From NCBI GenBank assembly GCA_032718475.1, contig JAUCBJ010007011.1:8312-72311 (forward strand): a stretch of 64,000 nt of DNA. Direction: 5' to 3'. Under the pieces are notes generated by a model. That model was not told where the DNA came from. It did not search any database and saw nothing but the letters and a program-made list of their open reading frames with translations. Every line of letters starts with the position of its first letter. The stretch's first letter is position 1. This DNA comes from Nemertoderma westbladi. Lineage: Eukaryota > Animalia > Xenacoelomorpha. Shown in pieces: positions 1-10,880 of this stretch. A program made the translations under genes and the position numbers.

Positions 1-3000
1 TTGTCGTTTGGTGTTATCCTTAGTGAGGTCGATGGCTTCTAGAACGCGTTTGAGCAGTCGTAAAGCCAATTGAAACTCGTGCTCGTAGTCGGACTCTAAC
101 ATACCGACGGAGATCCAGAATAACTGGTTGATCAGGATGCTTCTATCCTCGCATGCAGACCTGGAGCCGTGGTGTTCCACCCCGAAGTGTAAGTCTATAG
201 CGCTCTTCGCACGGCCATCAGATCTCTTAGACTCCTTTGTGTAGTTAGGGTTGTAATATGAGCAGCGACGCCTCGCCTTCACGGAATCCCCTTGGGCTTC
301 AATATCCTCCGACACTGCGCGAGTTAAATCAATTGGTTTCTCATCAGAATCTTTAAGATACTCAACTTGTTTAACGGCTTTCAGTTCTGTGATAGGAGAG
401 AGTTTCTCTATCTTCACGTCGTCTTCAATAATCTTAATGTCAATCATATTCACGTCTATGGGAAGGTTGTTGAGAGAATTCTCCAGAGTGAGAATAATTT
501 CGGTAACATAGCCCTGAACTTCGTCGGACTGGTCTCCGATCGTTTCGACTAACCTCGTTAAAATATCTGAGATCATTTGTTGATTCAGGGGGATGTTGAG
601 ACTTCGGAATAGTTGAAACGACCTGCCGGCGTAATGTCTGGAGCTGGAAGACAGGGCGTGTTGGAGGGCAACCCTGCCCCACTGCCCAACAAACCGGCTG
701 GAGCACTCAGACTGGCATATTATATTAGACACACAATCTACAAACTTACTCAACTGGTGTTCCGATGATATTTGCGTCAGTTTCGATGTAATATCCTCGC
801 ACACCCACAGAGGTTTTCCTTTTCTAGCCATCAAAAGATAAATTAGATTAGCAGCCGCATTCTGAATCGAAGAATTTGAATTTATCGTAATGTCAGTCAG
901 GGTGGTTTCGCAAGATGTCGCCTGACTCGATGCACCTGATAAGGGGCTGCTTATGCCCGAAGTAGTTTCACTTTCACCAGCGCCATTGTATTGCCCATGC
1001 GCCGCTGAAATTGAAAGTTTATCGCTGAATACAAACCTGCGTGAAACGATTTGGCTTTGAGACAAACATGAAGAGTTATTCAATCGGTAGTAACTCAATA
1101 CCAGGGAAGATATATTGTGGAAGTCAGCTGATGGGATGGTCATTAGGATTAGGTTGAATAGCATACGTTTACTGTGCTCATGTACCAGTAAGCGTGAGTG
1201 GTCCATTCCGAGTATCAACACGTGGACTAACAACGGCAAATACTCGCGCCAATCAACCGCCTGTATATCCTCGCATATCAAATCGCATAGCAACATCATA
1301 GCGACGTTACATCTGTAGAGAGAAGTGCTGGAGGTCGTGTGTTCCGACATTAGGAAGGCCAGAGGGTTGTAGAAACCGCCGTTGAGAGGCATTGGCAGGG
1401 GGGTCGAGACACAGCCTTCGGCCTCAACATGGGCTCGCCACTTCAGATATGCCAAGGTGTTGTTTTCTTCGGGGGGTGGGGAAACGGTCGGTTCCACCAC
1501 ATCTGTCGCCGTGGCGACCGAGCTGCTGACCACAGAGGTTGAGCTACGTACAGTGCCGGAACCGCTGCTCAGGGCTCCACTACTGAGGTCCTCCGAGTTA
1601 CTCAGACTCGACTGCTTGCTGTGTCCTTTGGAGCTGCCGCTACTAGCGGTGGAATCGCTTAACATCAGACTGAATCTCTGAAACATTTCTGGTTTCAGTG
1701 TGTCCGAACGCGAAATATCGTTGATATTTTCCGAACGGAAACTCGTTGTTGCCGAAACGTTGCGCTCGTGCTTGTAACTGTCTATAACTGTGTTGCTACT
1801 GGCGCTACTGCAGGTCGTTGAAGTGCTGCTCTTTCTGGCATTCACAATCTCGTAGTACGGAGGGTTATCTGTACGTTCAACAAGCGCATTCACCAACTCC
1901 ACTGACTCGAGCTCCAGGCTTAGTTCGTGAACTGTAGTTGTGGGATTCGCTTTAGCTAGGTAAGCTACAACTTTCTTGCTGTGACCAAGCAGCTCTCTGT
2001 TGGAAGGGGCCGTTGTAAGGCCAATAATAAAGTTGAGAGTTACTCTTAGGTTGCTATGGAAACTGGTGGCAATATTAGCCCAAATACTTTCCATTTCTTT
2101 AGGGTGATTATCTCCATGGACGATAGTTATGTATAGAAGGTTGTTGAGTACCATCGATGTACCTGTCAGTGAACCCCACCCACTGCCAACTAAGGGACCT
2201 TCTAGAATGGGACTAGATGCAGTCACAGTTTCTTGGCTTTGATTCTGATTGGTTAATAGCGCTAGCCGTGGCCCTGGGGTGCTTGCTACCTCCACAGGGA
2301 TTGTAGGAATTGTACTTTCATCCAACAATTCAATATTAAGCAACCACGGTAGAACCAACTCAAGTATTAATTTACGGAGGTCTGGCCTGGCCGTGTCTAT
2401 ACGATTACACAATTCCGCTAATACACCTAGAGTTAACTCGACATGATTCCTCGCGAGTTGTTTGGAGAGGAAGTGAGCCGATCTGGAACCCGTTTGGTGG
2501 AGATACAGGTGGCCTGCGAGGAACGAAGAACCAACGGCGTTGCCAGCATCATGTTGCGGAAACAACTCATTATTCAAGGTGTCGTCTATCAGTTGTAGGA
2601 GATTGAGAGCAGTTTCCTTGACTACAGTTTGTGCACAAGCAGTTTTTATTAAAGTAATGCAAAGCAAAGGGACTAAATCTAACTGCTGACTCAGTAGATT
2701 TGAATAAACTGCTGCTAATGCAGAGAAACAGCCGTCTGACACAGAGTGAACACCAATGTAACACCGGTCTAACACCCAATCTACAAGAGAAACACTATCA
2801 GAATTCTCCTGCATCAACATAGTAATAGTTTCGCAGCCCAAACTATGAATAATAGTTTCATTAGACGCCAATACTGAGTCCAACCAATGGACAAGATAGC
2901 AGGCGTCCATAGCCAAAAGGTTCTCATCGAATATTGGTCCGCAGCACAGCACAGCAGCCATTGACCTCAGAGCTTCCAATTCCACGCACCTGGAGTATCT

Positions 3001-6000
3001 ATCGTCTTCGAAAGAAGGCTGGCTGCTCAACTTTAAAGCGAATTGTTCGCTCCAATTAGCAAACTGATAGTATAAATTGCGCTGTAAATCGTTGGGGAGT
3101 AATTTACCGCGCTTTTCGGAAGGGAAACAACGAATAAGTTTCCGTACAAAACTAGTAAAACGCAGTTTCAGCTCGCTGATAGCCTGTACGTCCTTTTCAG
3201 CTTCGGTGTCGAGGCAGAGTCTGGTGCCAATAATATAGTCAATCAAACATTGGGACAATCGACCCTTACTGTTTGTGCACGCCGCGTAGCATTCCGCAAA
3301 CACACCATTACTAGCTATACGTTCTAGAACACTGGCTATAGCAAGCCGAAGATCATTGCGTTTCTTTCTGCGTCGTAAATTCTCTTGTTTTCTCTCCACA
3401 GCCTCTTTAATAAAGGGATGTATCTCCTCCAGAAGATCCGGAAGCGCCCAGCTGTTGGTGTAACCGAAGCCGTGGACAACTGCCTCTCTCATGTCGGCAT
3501 TGTCCATCTTTAGTACAGGAATAAGTAATTTGAGTAACGCAGTTGGGCGCGACACAGATACTTGTCTCAGTTCCGCCGCCACTTTCCTTTCGTGTTGGGC
3601 TTCGGCGCCGCCGTGCGCCGGTGGCTGCTGGTTGAGGTTGTGGCTCGGCCTACTGGGGGCTATAGGCGGCGGCACGCAGGAGCACGCCACCACCACGTAG
3701 TTGCGCCACAGCTGCATCAAAATATCATTAATAACGACCTGTCGTTTGGTGTTCCGCAGAGGGGCTCGGGATATTTCCGTTGGTGAGGTCGGATCGATGT
3801 TTGTGTAGAGGGTTTGTAATCTAGTGTTAACATTGGCCCAGGCGTGGCACGTCGCTAAGTAACAGTGAGTGGGTAGATACTGTTTCGAGAAGAACTTAGC
3901 TAGACAGGTAGACCATGCATCGAATGACGACAGATTTAGAGTACTCTGAACTTGGTCTTTGGGCGAGCTCTCTGTGGACAAGTTGTCATAATTAATAGTC
4001 GCCCACACATTGCTAGTCCGTTCCGCCAGCCACTGAAGGTCTGGCACAGGGCAGCTTGTAGCCACTATCCTCTCTGTTGGGGAAAGATGTTCTAGAATAG
4101 ATTCTAAAACATCCGGTATCGCTTTATCTACAACATCCAGCACAGAAACCTCATCGGGATACAACATTAGGGTGAGGATTTTTACTTCCTTCAAAACTGA
4201 AACGCAATGTCGTCTAGTCATGGGGCGTAAACTGCATAAAGTCACGAGAACAAAACCCTCCAAGGAGACCAACGCTGTGTAATCGCTGTTACTCTCGGAG
4301 TGGCGTTTCTGTTCCTTCTCTAAAGCCTGTCGCCAGACCATGCACAAACTGGAAATCTGACGTAGTACCGAATCCAGCACCGAGGGGTAGGTGTCCGGGA
4401 GTTCCCGGACAGCAAACGTAACGAATGAAGCGAGGATATCCCCTCGCCAGTCAGCCACATCAATCATGAGCGTCTGCAAGGCGGTATACGCCAGGGCCTT
4501 GAGTTCCTCATCTACATGGATAGTGAGTCGAGTGAGCAGCCCGAGAATCTCTTGTTTACTCATCCCTTCCGGGAGGATACGGGGTATAGCGGCCACGCAC
4601 GTTCGAAAAAGATCGATTTTGGGTTTACGATCACCGGCAATGAGATCCTCTGCGTCTTTACTGGAGTTTATGGCCGCGGCAGTGGAAGACGTCATCAACA
4701 AAGATCGACCAACTTGTAAATCTAACTGTCGTAGAATACTATCAAAAGCTTTCTTAATATTGAAGTAGTACAGCTCGATCCCGATCTCTTTAGCTATGTC
4801 GTCGGTTAGAGTTGTGTTTAAGAACGTCCGTTTCACTCTCACCGCCCCACCGGAGGGTAAGTGGGCGGTAGAGGTTGGCATTAGCGGCGGGTCGTCCTTC
4901 TGCTGGAGGGAATCAGTTATGACGAGGAATGCTCTCATCCCCACGTTCATTCGTTCCGGGTTGATGACGCCTTTGGTCAGCTTCCCGACGCACAGAAGGT
5001 CGTATATAACGTCACGCATAGCGAAATCCAACTTCTCGTGGGCGATGAAATGAATAATCTTAATGAAAATGTTGAGAGGCGCATCTTTAGGTTGTAAATT
5101 ACGAGAATTTTTAGGGAACAGACAGGCGACAACGTTCTGGAGTTTCGCCTGTGTCGAAGTGTTGCTCTCGCAACCTCCAATGCGAACGACATAAACCCAC
5201 AGCAGACGACACAACGACTCCATGGCAACGCGACTCATCTTCACGTCTCTGTTCTTCTGATAGGTTAAACACATACTGAGGAAGACCCCCCAATGCTGGA
5301 TGAAGAACTCCTTTGTGGAAATGCACAGCAAACAGGTAACCAAGGGAAATAGAGCCAGTCTGTGTTTAGTTTTGTTGCACCACTCGAGAGTGGTGGGGTA
5401 TAATGTTGAGACGAAGTTTTTTAGACACGGAATGTTCACCTCGGTTCGTGCCGTGGCCGCTGCTGGTAGGAGAATCTCTACCATAAGACAGGCGACTGTG
5501 TGGCGAACTTCTTTCTCCTTCGATTCGAGGAAATATTGGGAACAATCGCTGAGAAATAAACAACTCTCCTCAAATTCCTCCACCGGGAACATTTTAATTC
5601 GATAAAAACGCATTCCCATGAACATCGCGACAATATGTTGGATTGAAGGAGGTTCTTTGCTACGCAAATAGCTTATCTTTGAGATTAAAATCTTTCGCAG
5701 ATGGGAGTATCGCGTTACTGCCATTTCGCCGATTAGTTCAGCGTAGAGGTCGGCCACTAAGTTAATATTAACAGCGTTTGGGCTGCTGGAAGCTTGCGAA
5801 TCTGGCGGGACAAACTTGGAAAAAGCGAGTTCTTCTACGCGAACTAGCATTCGTTCTGGAGCTGGATGAACTGCCAGTTGTTTGAGAACTTCTAGAAGAA
5901 CCAAACCAAATAGAAAATCCAATGCCAAATCCCGCCTTTCCAAAAGGTAATCTTTGTTAAGCGTTCTAATTCGATTTTGCGTTAAGCCGGCATTGACAGC

Positions 6001-6579
6001 AAGGGTGCCTGTTTGACGGTCATACCACTCAAATAGAAACTTCAACATGCAGGCCAAGCAATGCTCAGAAACCGAACTCAAACTCATAAGGATCTGGTCC
6101 ATTTGTGCATCCTCAACCCGGGCCAAGCTTTTGCACAATGGCTGTTCCAAGGGTTCTGACATCACAATGTCAATCTTTCGTTCGCACAGAGAGGCGAACT
6201 CGCTGAATAAGCTGCACAGAATGTATTCACCCGCGGGTAAATTAGCCTCAATTGTTAAACTGTTTGAGTGGGATTGATTGTGTGAGTTGTTCCTCTCACA
6301 CGTCTCCGCCCATGGCAGTGAGCTCGGCATTACAAGGTCCTGAACGCTGCTTAGTGTTTCTACGCTTTTACTTCGAGGTCTAAGAGGAGGTGGTCGTTTC
6401 TTGACGGCTTTACTGTCAATATCAACATGCATTTGCATACATAGCGCAGAATTAGTGGCACTAATATTATCATCTTCAGTATTTAAAGATCTAGACGGTG
6501 AGTTTGGTTCAGTGTCATTTTCACTCCTTGGTGCCGCGTAAGTAACCTGCGGTTGTTCAACATCCGAATGTTGTTCCAT
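1..6579 (-). CDS. FRY: Protein furry homolog (FRY/FRYL; Tao3/Mor2 family), 5' part, intronless within the window, open at the left edge (2,193 codons here)
   Basis: ATG at 6579-6577. Spot translations in this one frame give Furry motifs: GEYILCSLFSEFASLCERKIDIVMSEPLEQPL (~6.2 kb), KIDLFRTCVAAIPRILPEGM (~4.6 kb), GSGWGSLTGTSMVLNNLLYIT (~2.15 kb), ESDYEHEFQLALRLL (~70). The ORF track lists no stop-terminated ORF in this frame, consistent with one frame running off the edge. Not every codon was checked. Confidence 0.93.
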   Translation of the reverse strand, partial: MEQHSDVEQPQVTYAAPRSENDTEPNSPSRSLNTEDDNISATNSALCMQMHVDIDSKAVKKRPPPLRPRSKSVETLSSVQDLVMPSSLPWAETCERNNSHNQSHSNSLTIEANLPAGEYILCSLFSEFASLCERKIDIVMSEPLEQPLCKSLARVEDAQMDQILMSLSSVSEHCLACMLKFLFEWYDRQTGTLAVNAGLTQNRIRTLNKDYLLERRDLALDFLFGLVLLEVLKQLAVHPAPERMLVRVEELAFSKFVPPDSQASSSPNAVNINLVADLYAELIGEMAVTRYSHLRKILISKISYLRSKEPPSIQHIVAMFMGMRFYRIKMFPVEEFEESCLFLSDCSQYFLESKEKEVRHTVACLMVEILLPAAATARTEVNIPCLKNFVSTLYPTTLEWCNKTKHRLALFPLVTCLLCISTKEFFIQHWGVFLSMCLTYQKNRDVKMSRVAMESLCRLLWVYVVRIGGCESNTSTQAKLQNVVACLFPKNSRNLQPKDAPLNIFIKIIHFIAHEKLDFAMRDVIYDLLCVGKLTKGVINPERMNVGMRAFLVITDSLQQKDDPPLMPTSTAHLPSGGAVRVKRTFLNTTLTDDIAKEIGIELYYFNIKKAFDSILRQLDLQVGRSLLMTSSTAAAINSSKDAEDLIAGDRKPKIDLFRTCVAAIPRILPEGMSKQEILGLLTRLTIHVDEELKALAYTALQTLMIDVADWRGDILASFVTFAVRELPDTYPSVLDSVLRQISSLCMVWRQALEKEQKRHSESNSDYTALVSLEGFVLVTLCSLRPMTRRHCVSVLKEVKILTLMLYPDEVSVLDVVDKAIPDVLESILEHLSPTERIVATSCPVPDLQWLAERTSNVWATINYDNLSTESSPKDQVQSTLNLSSFDAWSTCLAKFFSKQYLPTHCYLATCHAWANVNTRLQTLYTNIDPTSPTEISRAPLRNTKRQVVINDILMQLWRNYVVVACSCVPPPIAPSRPSHNLNQQPPAHGGAEAQHERKVAAELRQVSVSRPTALLKLLIPVLKMDNADMREAVVHGFGYTNSWALPDLLEEIHPFIKEAVERKQENLRRRKKRNDLRLAIASVLERIASNGVFAECYAACTNSKGRLSQCLIDYIIGTRLCLDTEAEKDVQAISELKLRFTSFVRKLIRCFPSEKRGKLLPNDLQRNLYYQFANWSEQFALKLSSQPSFEDDRYSRCVELEALRSMAAVLCCGPIFDENLLAMDACYLVHWLDSVLASNETIIHSLGCETITMLMQENSDSVSLVDWVLDRCYIGVHSVSDGCFSALAAVYSNLLSQQLDLVPLLCITLIKTACAQTVVKETALNLLQLIDDTLNNELFPQHDAGNAVGSSFLAGHLYLHQTGSRSAHFLSKQLARNHVELTLGVLAELCNRIDTARPDLRKLILELVLPWLLNIELLDESTIPTIPVEVASTPGPRLALLTNQNQSQETVTASSPILEGPLVGSGWGSLTGTSMVLNNLLYITIVHGDNHPKEMESIWANIATSFHSNLRVTLNFIIGLTTAPSNRELLGHSKKVVAYLAKANPTTTVHELSLELESVELVNALVERTDNPPYYEIVNARKSSTSTTCSSASSNTVIDSYKHERNVSATTSFRSENINDISRSDTLKPEMFQRFSLMLSDSTASSGSSKGHSKQSSLSNSEDLSSGALSSGSGTVRSSTSVVSSSVATATDVVEPTVSPPPEENNTLAYLKWRAHVEAEGCVSTPLPMPLNGGFYNPLAFLMSEHTTSSTSLYRCNVAMMLLCDLICEDIQAVDWREYLPLLVHVLILGMDHSRLLVHEHSKRMLFNLILMTIPSADFHNISSLVLSYYRLNNSSCLSQSQIVSRRFVFSDKLSISAAHGQYNGAGESETTSGISSPLSGASSQATSCETTLTDITINSNSSIQNAAANLIYLLMARKGKPLWVCEDITSKLTQISSEHQLSKFVDCVSNIICQSECSSRFVGQWGRVALQHALSSSSRHYAGRSFQLFRSLNIPLNQQMISDILTRLVETIGDQSDEVQGYVTEIILTLENSLNNLPIDVNMIDIKIIEDDVKIEKLSPITELKAVKQVEYLKDSDEKPIDLTRAVSEDIEAQGDSVKARRRCSYYNPNYTKESKRSDGRAKSAIDLHFGVEHHGSRSACEDRSILINQLFWISVGMLESDYEHEFQLALRLLKRVLEAIDLTKDNTKRQ

Positions 6580-6945
6580 TATTTATTAGTGGTAATGTTT
6601 GCTAATACAAATTCAGTTATTCAAGAACGCATTATACAGTTATAGCCATAAATCTCAAATAACTATCAATACTGCAATAATATCAATAATATAATATCAA
6701 ATTAAATTATAATTGGATCGTAATTGCAAAAAGGTAAGCAAATCTAGCAGTCAAGGGCCTATTATCAGATAATTATTACAAAATACCGGTCAGCCGTTAT
6801 ATATTAGGCCTACTACTGTACTACCGACACCGGTACTAAAATAAAGATAAATTAATAATAAGCTGTAAATAGTAGGCCCAGCCCAATACTGTAATACAGT
6901 AATATCCACAGCTGACACAAGCAGTAGGTAAATATAATATAATAT

Positions 6946-7845
6946 TAGGGTCCGTCTAAACACCCAAATTACAACAAATCACAACAAAAATGACAAATCT
7001 CGCCAAACTGGGTAATCACAAACCAAATCTCAAAAAATAATCTTCCTACATCGGGTCCGGATCGAACATCCGGTAAAATTTTGCCGGATATCCGGCCGGA
7101 TTTTCCAGGTTGTACTTATCAGCTTATTGACTTATTTATAGACCCTAACTTCAGGATTCAGTTATCTTCTCGGAGGCAATGTTCTCCAAGTTCGGAGACA
7201 TTCTATATGAGAAGAGGATTCGTCTTCTTCCTATATGAGAAGAGGATTCGTCTTCTTCCTATATGAGAAGAGGATTCGTCTTCTTCCTAAGAGTGGGAAA
7301 GACTGAAAGAGGACCTCTTTATTTACCATAACTTGATAAAGTTTGAAGTAGGCCTAAATTTAAATGTTGATATGATATCTTGATTTGAGTTATTACGGTA
7401 TATGTTGGTTGATTTGAGTTGATCAGTTGATAGTATAATAGAAACAAAATATATAATTCCGATTCCATTTTTGACTCTTTCAGAAAAATGTATTAAAATA
7501 ATTTTTATTATTTATTATTTTTATTAAATTAAAATTATTAAAAGAAAAAGTGAGTATTAATAATAAAAGTTTCAAAACATTGATTATACAAATTATCCGG
7601 CGTATCACCGGATTTTTCAACTGTCCGGCCGGATTATCAGATTACCAGATAGCAGATTTTGTCTAAAATCCGCCGGATATCCGGCCGGTTCGGATATCCG
7701 GTGCACCCTTACACCAAATCACAACCATTGACACCAAATCACAAACCAAATCACACCAAATCACAAAACAAATCACAAAAAATAATCCCAAAACCAAATC
7801 ACACCAAACCAAATCACACCGAATGATACCACACCAAATCACAGG
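6946..7845. repeat. (CACCAAATCA)-type subterminal repeats of a degenerate DNA element, interrupted by a hAT-like fragment
   Basis: CCAAATCAC-like units at ~6960-7035 and ~7711-7843 flank an insert rich in CCGGATATCCGG. Confidence 0.4.
7050..7710. mobile_element. Non-autonomous hAT-like fragment (CCGGATATCCGG subterminal motifs) with a 3x28-bp tandem repeat
   Basis: CCGGATATCCGGCCGG clusters at 7084-7100 and 7670-7700. Right end is CGGATATCCGGTGCACCCT. TATATGAGAAGAGGATTCGTCTTCTTCC occurs three times at ~7204-7288. Left terminus and TSD not found. Confidence 0.45.
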
Positions 7846-8081
7846 GTGCTGGTCACTAGGGCTCAACAGAAGCTTCGGCTTCGGTTCGGTTCGGGCAGAA
7901 GTTTGGCAATTTCGGTTCGGTTCGGCTTCTGCAATTGATGCTGCAGAAGCCCGGAGCAAACTTTGTTAAATATTCCAAATATTACATTGACTGATTGAGC
8001 TAAGACCAGAAGACAGTAAGACTAATCAATCTGTCCATCGTTGTCAGGTTGTACTAATTAATTTTGGAGTGTAAACGTTAA

Positions 8082-8536
8082 GCAGACACTGGTGCAGACA
8101 GGCAGACCCCGCAGAGCAGACAGTGGTGCAGACAGAGATGCTGCAGACAGTGGTGCAGACACCTGGTACAGACAGTGGTGCACGCACTGGTGCAGACAGT
8201 AGTGCAGACAGCAGACAGTGGTGCAGACACAGGTGCAGACAGTGGTGCAGATACTGGTGCAGACAGTGGTGCAGACACCTGGTGCAGACAGTGGTGCAGA
8301 CACTGGTGCAGACAGTGGTGCAGACCCTGGTGCAGACAGTGGTGCACGCACTGGTGCAGACAGTAGTGCAGACAGCAGACAGTGGTGCAGACACAGGTGC
8401 AGACAGTGGTGCAGATACTGGTGCAGACAGTGGTGCAGACACCTGGTGCAGACAGTGGTGCAGACACTGGTGCAGACAGTGGTGCAGACCCTGGTGCAGA
8501 CAGTGGTGCAGACACTGGTGCAGACACTGGTGCAGA
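8082..8536 (+). repeat. 12-bp minisatellite (GGTGCAGACA[G/C]T)n, left arm
   Basis: Directly visible tandem units; source of the spurious low-complexity ORFs at 8044-8875. Confidence 0.92.
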
Positions 8537-8990
8537 GACCTTTGCGCAGCATGTGGCGAACTGTAACATTGTGTAACAATCTGTTGAAACTTTTGAAAGA
8601 CCTTCGCGCAGCACGTGGCGCACTGTAACATTGTGTAACAATCTGTTGAAACGTTTGAGAGACCTTCGCGCAGCACGTGGCGCACTGTAACATTGTGTAA
8701 CAAGCTGTTCAAATCGCGCAGCACGTGGCTTACTGAAACATTGTGTAACAATCTGTTTAAACGTTTGAGAGACCTTCGCGCAGCACGTGGCGCACTGTAA
8801 CATTGTGTAACAAGCTGTTGAAACGTTTAAGAGACCTTCGCGCAGCACGTGGCGTACTCCAACATTGTGTAACAAACTGTTGAAACGTTTAAGATACCTT
8901 CGCGTTCGCGCAGTATGTGAGATACTAAAACAATCTGTTGAAACGGTTCAAAGGCCTTCGCGCAGCACATGAGACACTAAAACAATATAT
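8535..8990 (+). repeat. ~62-bp tandem repeat, about 7 copies, decaying rightwards
   Basis: Unit GAGACCTTCGCGCAGCACGTGGCGCACTGTAACATTGTGTAACAATCTGTTGAAACGTTTGA. Confidence 0.88.
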
Positions 8991-9443
8991 TATTGAAACG
9001 ATTAAGAGGTCTATTTATTTTCCATCATAGCTAACACCCCAATTCATGATATTGGCTGAGGCTGATTGAATGGGATAATCTTTTTAGGCTTATTAAGCCA
9101 AGGAATGCCTGTTCACCAATAGCCTTATGGTCGGACCCCTGTACCTTGTTACTAGTGTTACAGCAGTCATCCTCCATAGCATCTCTGCAAACAAAGTCCA
9201 ATTTTGGGATGTATGAATACATTTCTGCAAAAGCATGGTAGGATAGGAATATTGAATTTGGCACAAAAAACATATTTATTGAAAAATGATAGAATTTATG
9301 ATGGAAATATACTTGCAGGACTTTAAAATATTTTTTTTAATTTAGAAAAGTCAAATTTTGGAGTGTATTCCGATTTCGGAATCTACCCTCGCACAAAGTT
9401 CCAAAATTGTAATAAGTCCAAAATCGCCTATATCACCGACTGC

Positions 9444-9630
9444 CAGTGTCTGCACCAGTGTTTGCACCACTGTCTGCACCACTGTCTGCACCACTGTCCG
9501 CACTAGGTGTCTGCACCACTGTCCGCACTAGGTGTCTGCACCAGTGTCTGCACCACTGTCTGCACCACTGTCTGCACCACTGTCTGCACGCTGCACCACT
9601 GTCTGAACCAGTGTCTGCACCACTGTCTGC
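9444..9630 (-). repeat. 12-bp minisatellite, right arm (inverted copy of 8082-8536)
   Basis: (ACTGTCTGCACC)n. Confidence 0.9.
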
Positions 9631-10880
9631 TTAACGTTTACACCCTTAATTTTGGACTGAACTTCCATTTAAATGGCATTATTTTTTTAATTGTTTCAAG
9701 GTTACTTGAGTAGTTTCAAAATTGGTTTAATTATATAGTAGTTTAGGTTAGGCTAAATATTGCTGTTTTACTTTGTAGTACCTATTTTTTAATTAATCAT
9801 AACTTTGATACATAATACCAAATATACCTACTACCTCATATAAATAGTATTACAAAGACTACCTGTACTTTTAGTGAGGTTTTCTAAATTTGATGTCACT
9901 ACTGTACGGCTTACTTTACTACAGGTAAAAATGTGGTGCATACAGTAAGTATACAGTAGTTTAGGTTAGTAATGTACAGTAATGTAAATATTGCCATTTT
10001 ATTTTGTAGTACTTATTTTTTTAATTAATCATAGCTTTCTCGCTAAGTCCGCAGACCAAATAGGTACCAGTCTGCCACTGCCAGTCAGCCGGTATAGTCA
10101 GATAGTGACGTAAATACGAATTTATGACCATAACTTGCTAACTTTCTGAACTTCGGTTCGGATTCGGTTCGGTTCGGCCCGAAGTTGGCCCTGCTTCGGT
10201 TCGGTTCGGTTCGGCCCCATAAAGTGCCTTCTGTTGAACCCTACTGGTCACCTCGCTCTGTCGCTCGCCGCACTGCCACTTCTGCACTTCGCCGCAGATA
10301 ATGTCAGAATGTGCGGCGAGGTGTCTCACTGGTCACTGCTGCCTACTGCCAGACTGTAGCATTAAATTAAACGTAATTAATTAAAATTAGAAAATCATTA
10401 ATTTTGTACATAAATTATTTTTATACAGTTCTGCAGTTATAGGCCTCAAATTCAGAAATTGTATAGAGTGTGATAGGCATATTACTATCAGTTAGGTACA
10501 ATGGCCAAATCTGGCAATGATTGTGATTGCCATATTTGGCAACCAAGCAAAATCTGGCAACATTTCTGATTGCCTGATTTCGCAACTATATAAACCCGTT
10601 GTTGCCATATTTGGCAACTTAACTAACTCAACAGCTCAATGAATATGGCTTATATCTGTATATGGTTCTGCATCGGATAAATGAGAGTCAATCTGTCAAT
10701 AACACAAACAAAACCTGACTGGTGATAGTTTATTTTTGCTAGTAATCTCTCAGACTCTGCAGCTCTGGTGCTGCTTGGGGAGGTGGTTGATTGTGGCTTG
10801 TACCAATAATAGTTAAAGATTGTAGGCCTAACTGAGTAATGCTGATATATATATCAGTACAGCAGTATATTTATCTTTCC

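Larger units (their letters stand above)
8067..9645. mobile_element. MULE/Foldback-like non-autonomous element with minisatellite-built TIRs, nested in the hAT
   Basis: Termini GAGTGTAAACGTTAAGCAGACA and TGTCTGCTTAACGTTTACACCC. Flanks TTAATTTTG (8058-8066) and TTAATTTTT (9646-9654) match 8/9, a probable 9-bp TSD. Inverted arrays of 12-bp GGTGCAGACAGT units. Confidence 0.7.
7857..10243. mobile_element. Non-autonomous hAT DNA transposon
   Basis: TIRs TAGGGCTCAACAGAAG / CTTCTGTTGAACCCTA. Perfect 8-bp TSD CTGGTCAC (7849-7856, 10244-10251). (TTCGG)n subterminal repeats at both ends. Confidence 0.88.

Noticed and set aside
367-6277. Numerous short ORFs in the track
   Set aside because: Antisense or off-frame shadows of the long FRY reading frame.
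8044-8875. Cys/His-rich or SAP-repeat proteins (up to 265 aa)
   Set aside because: Translations of 12-bp and 62-bp tandem repeats, open in several frames on both strands.
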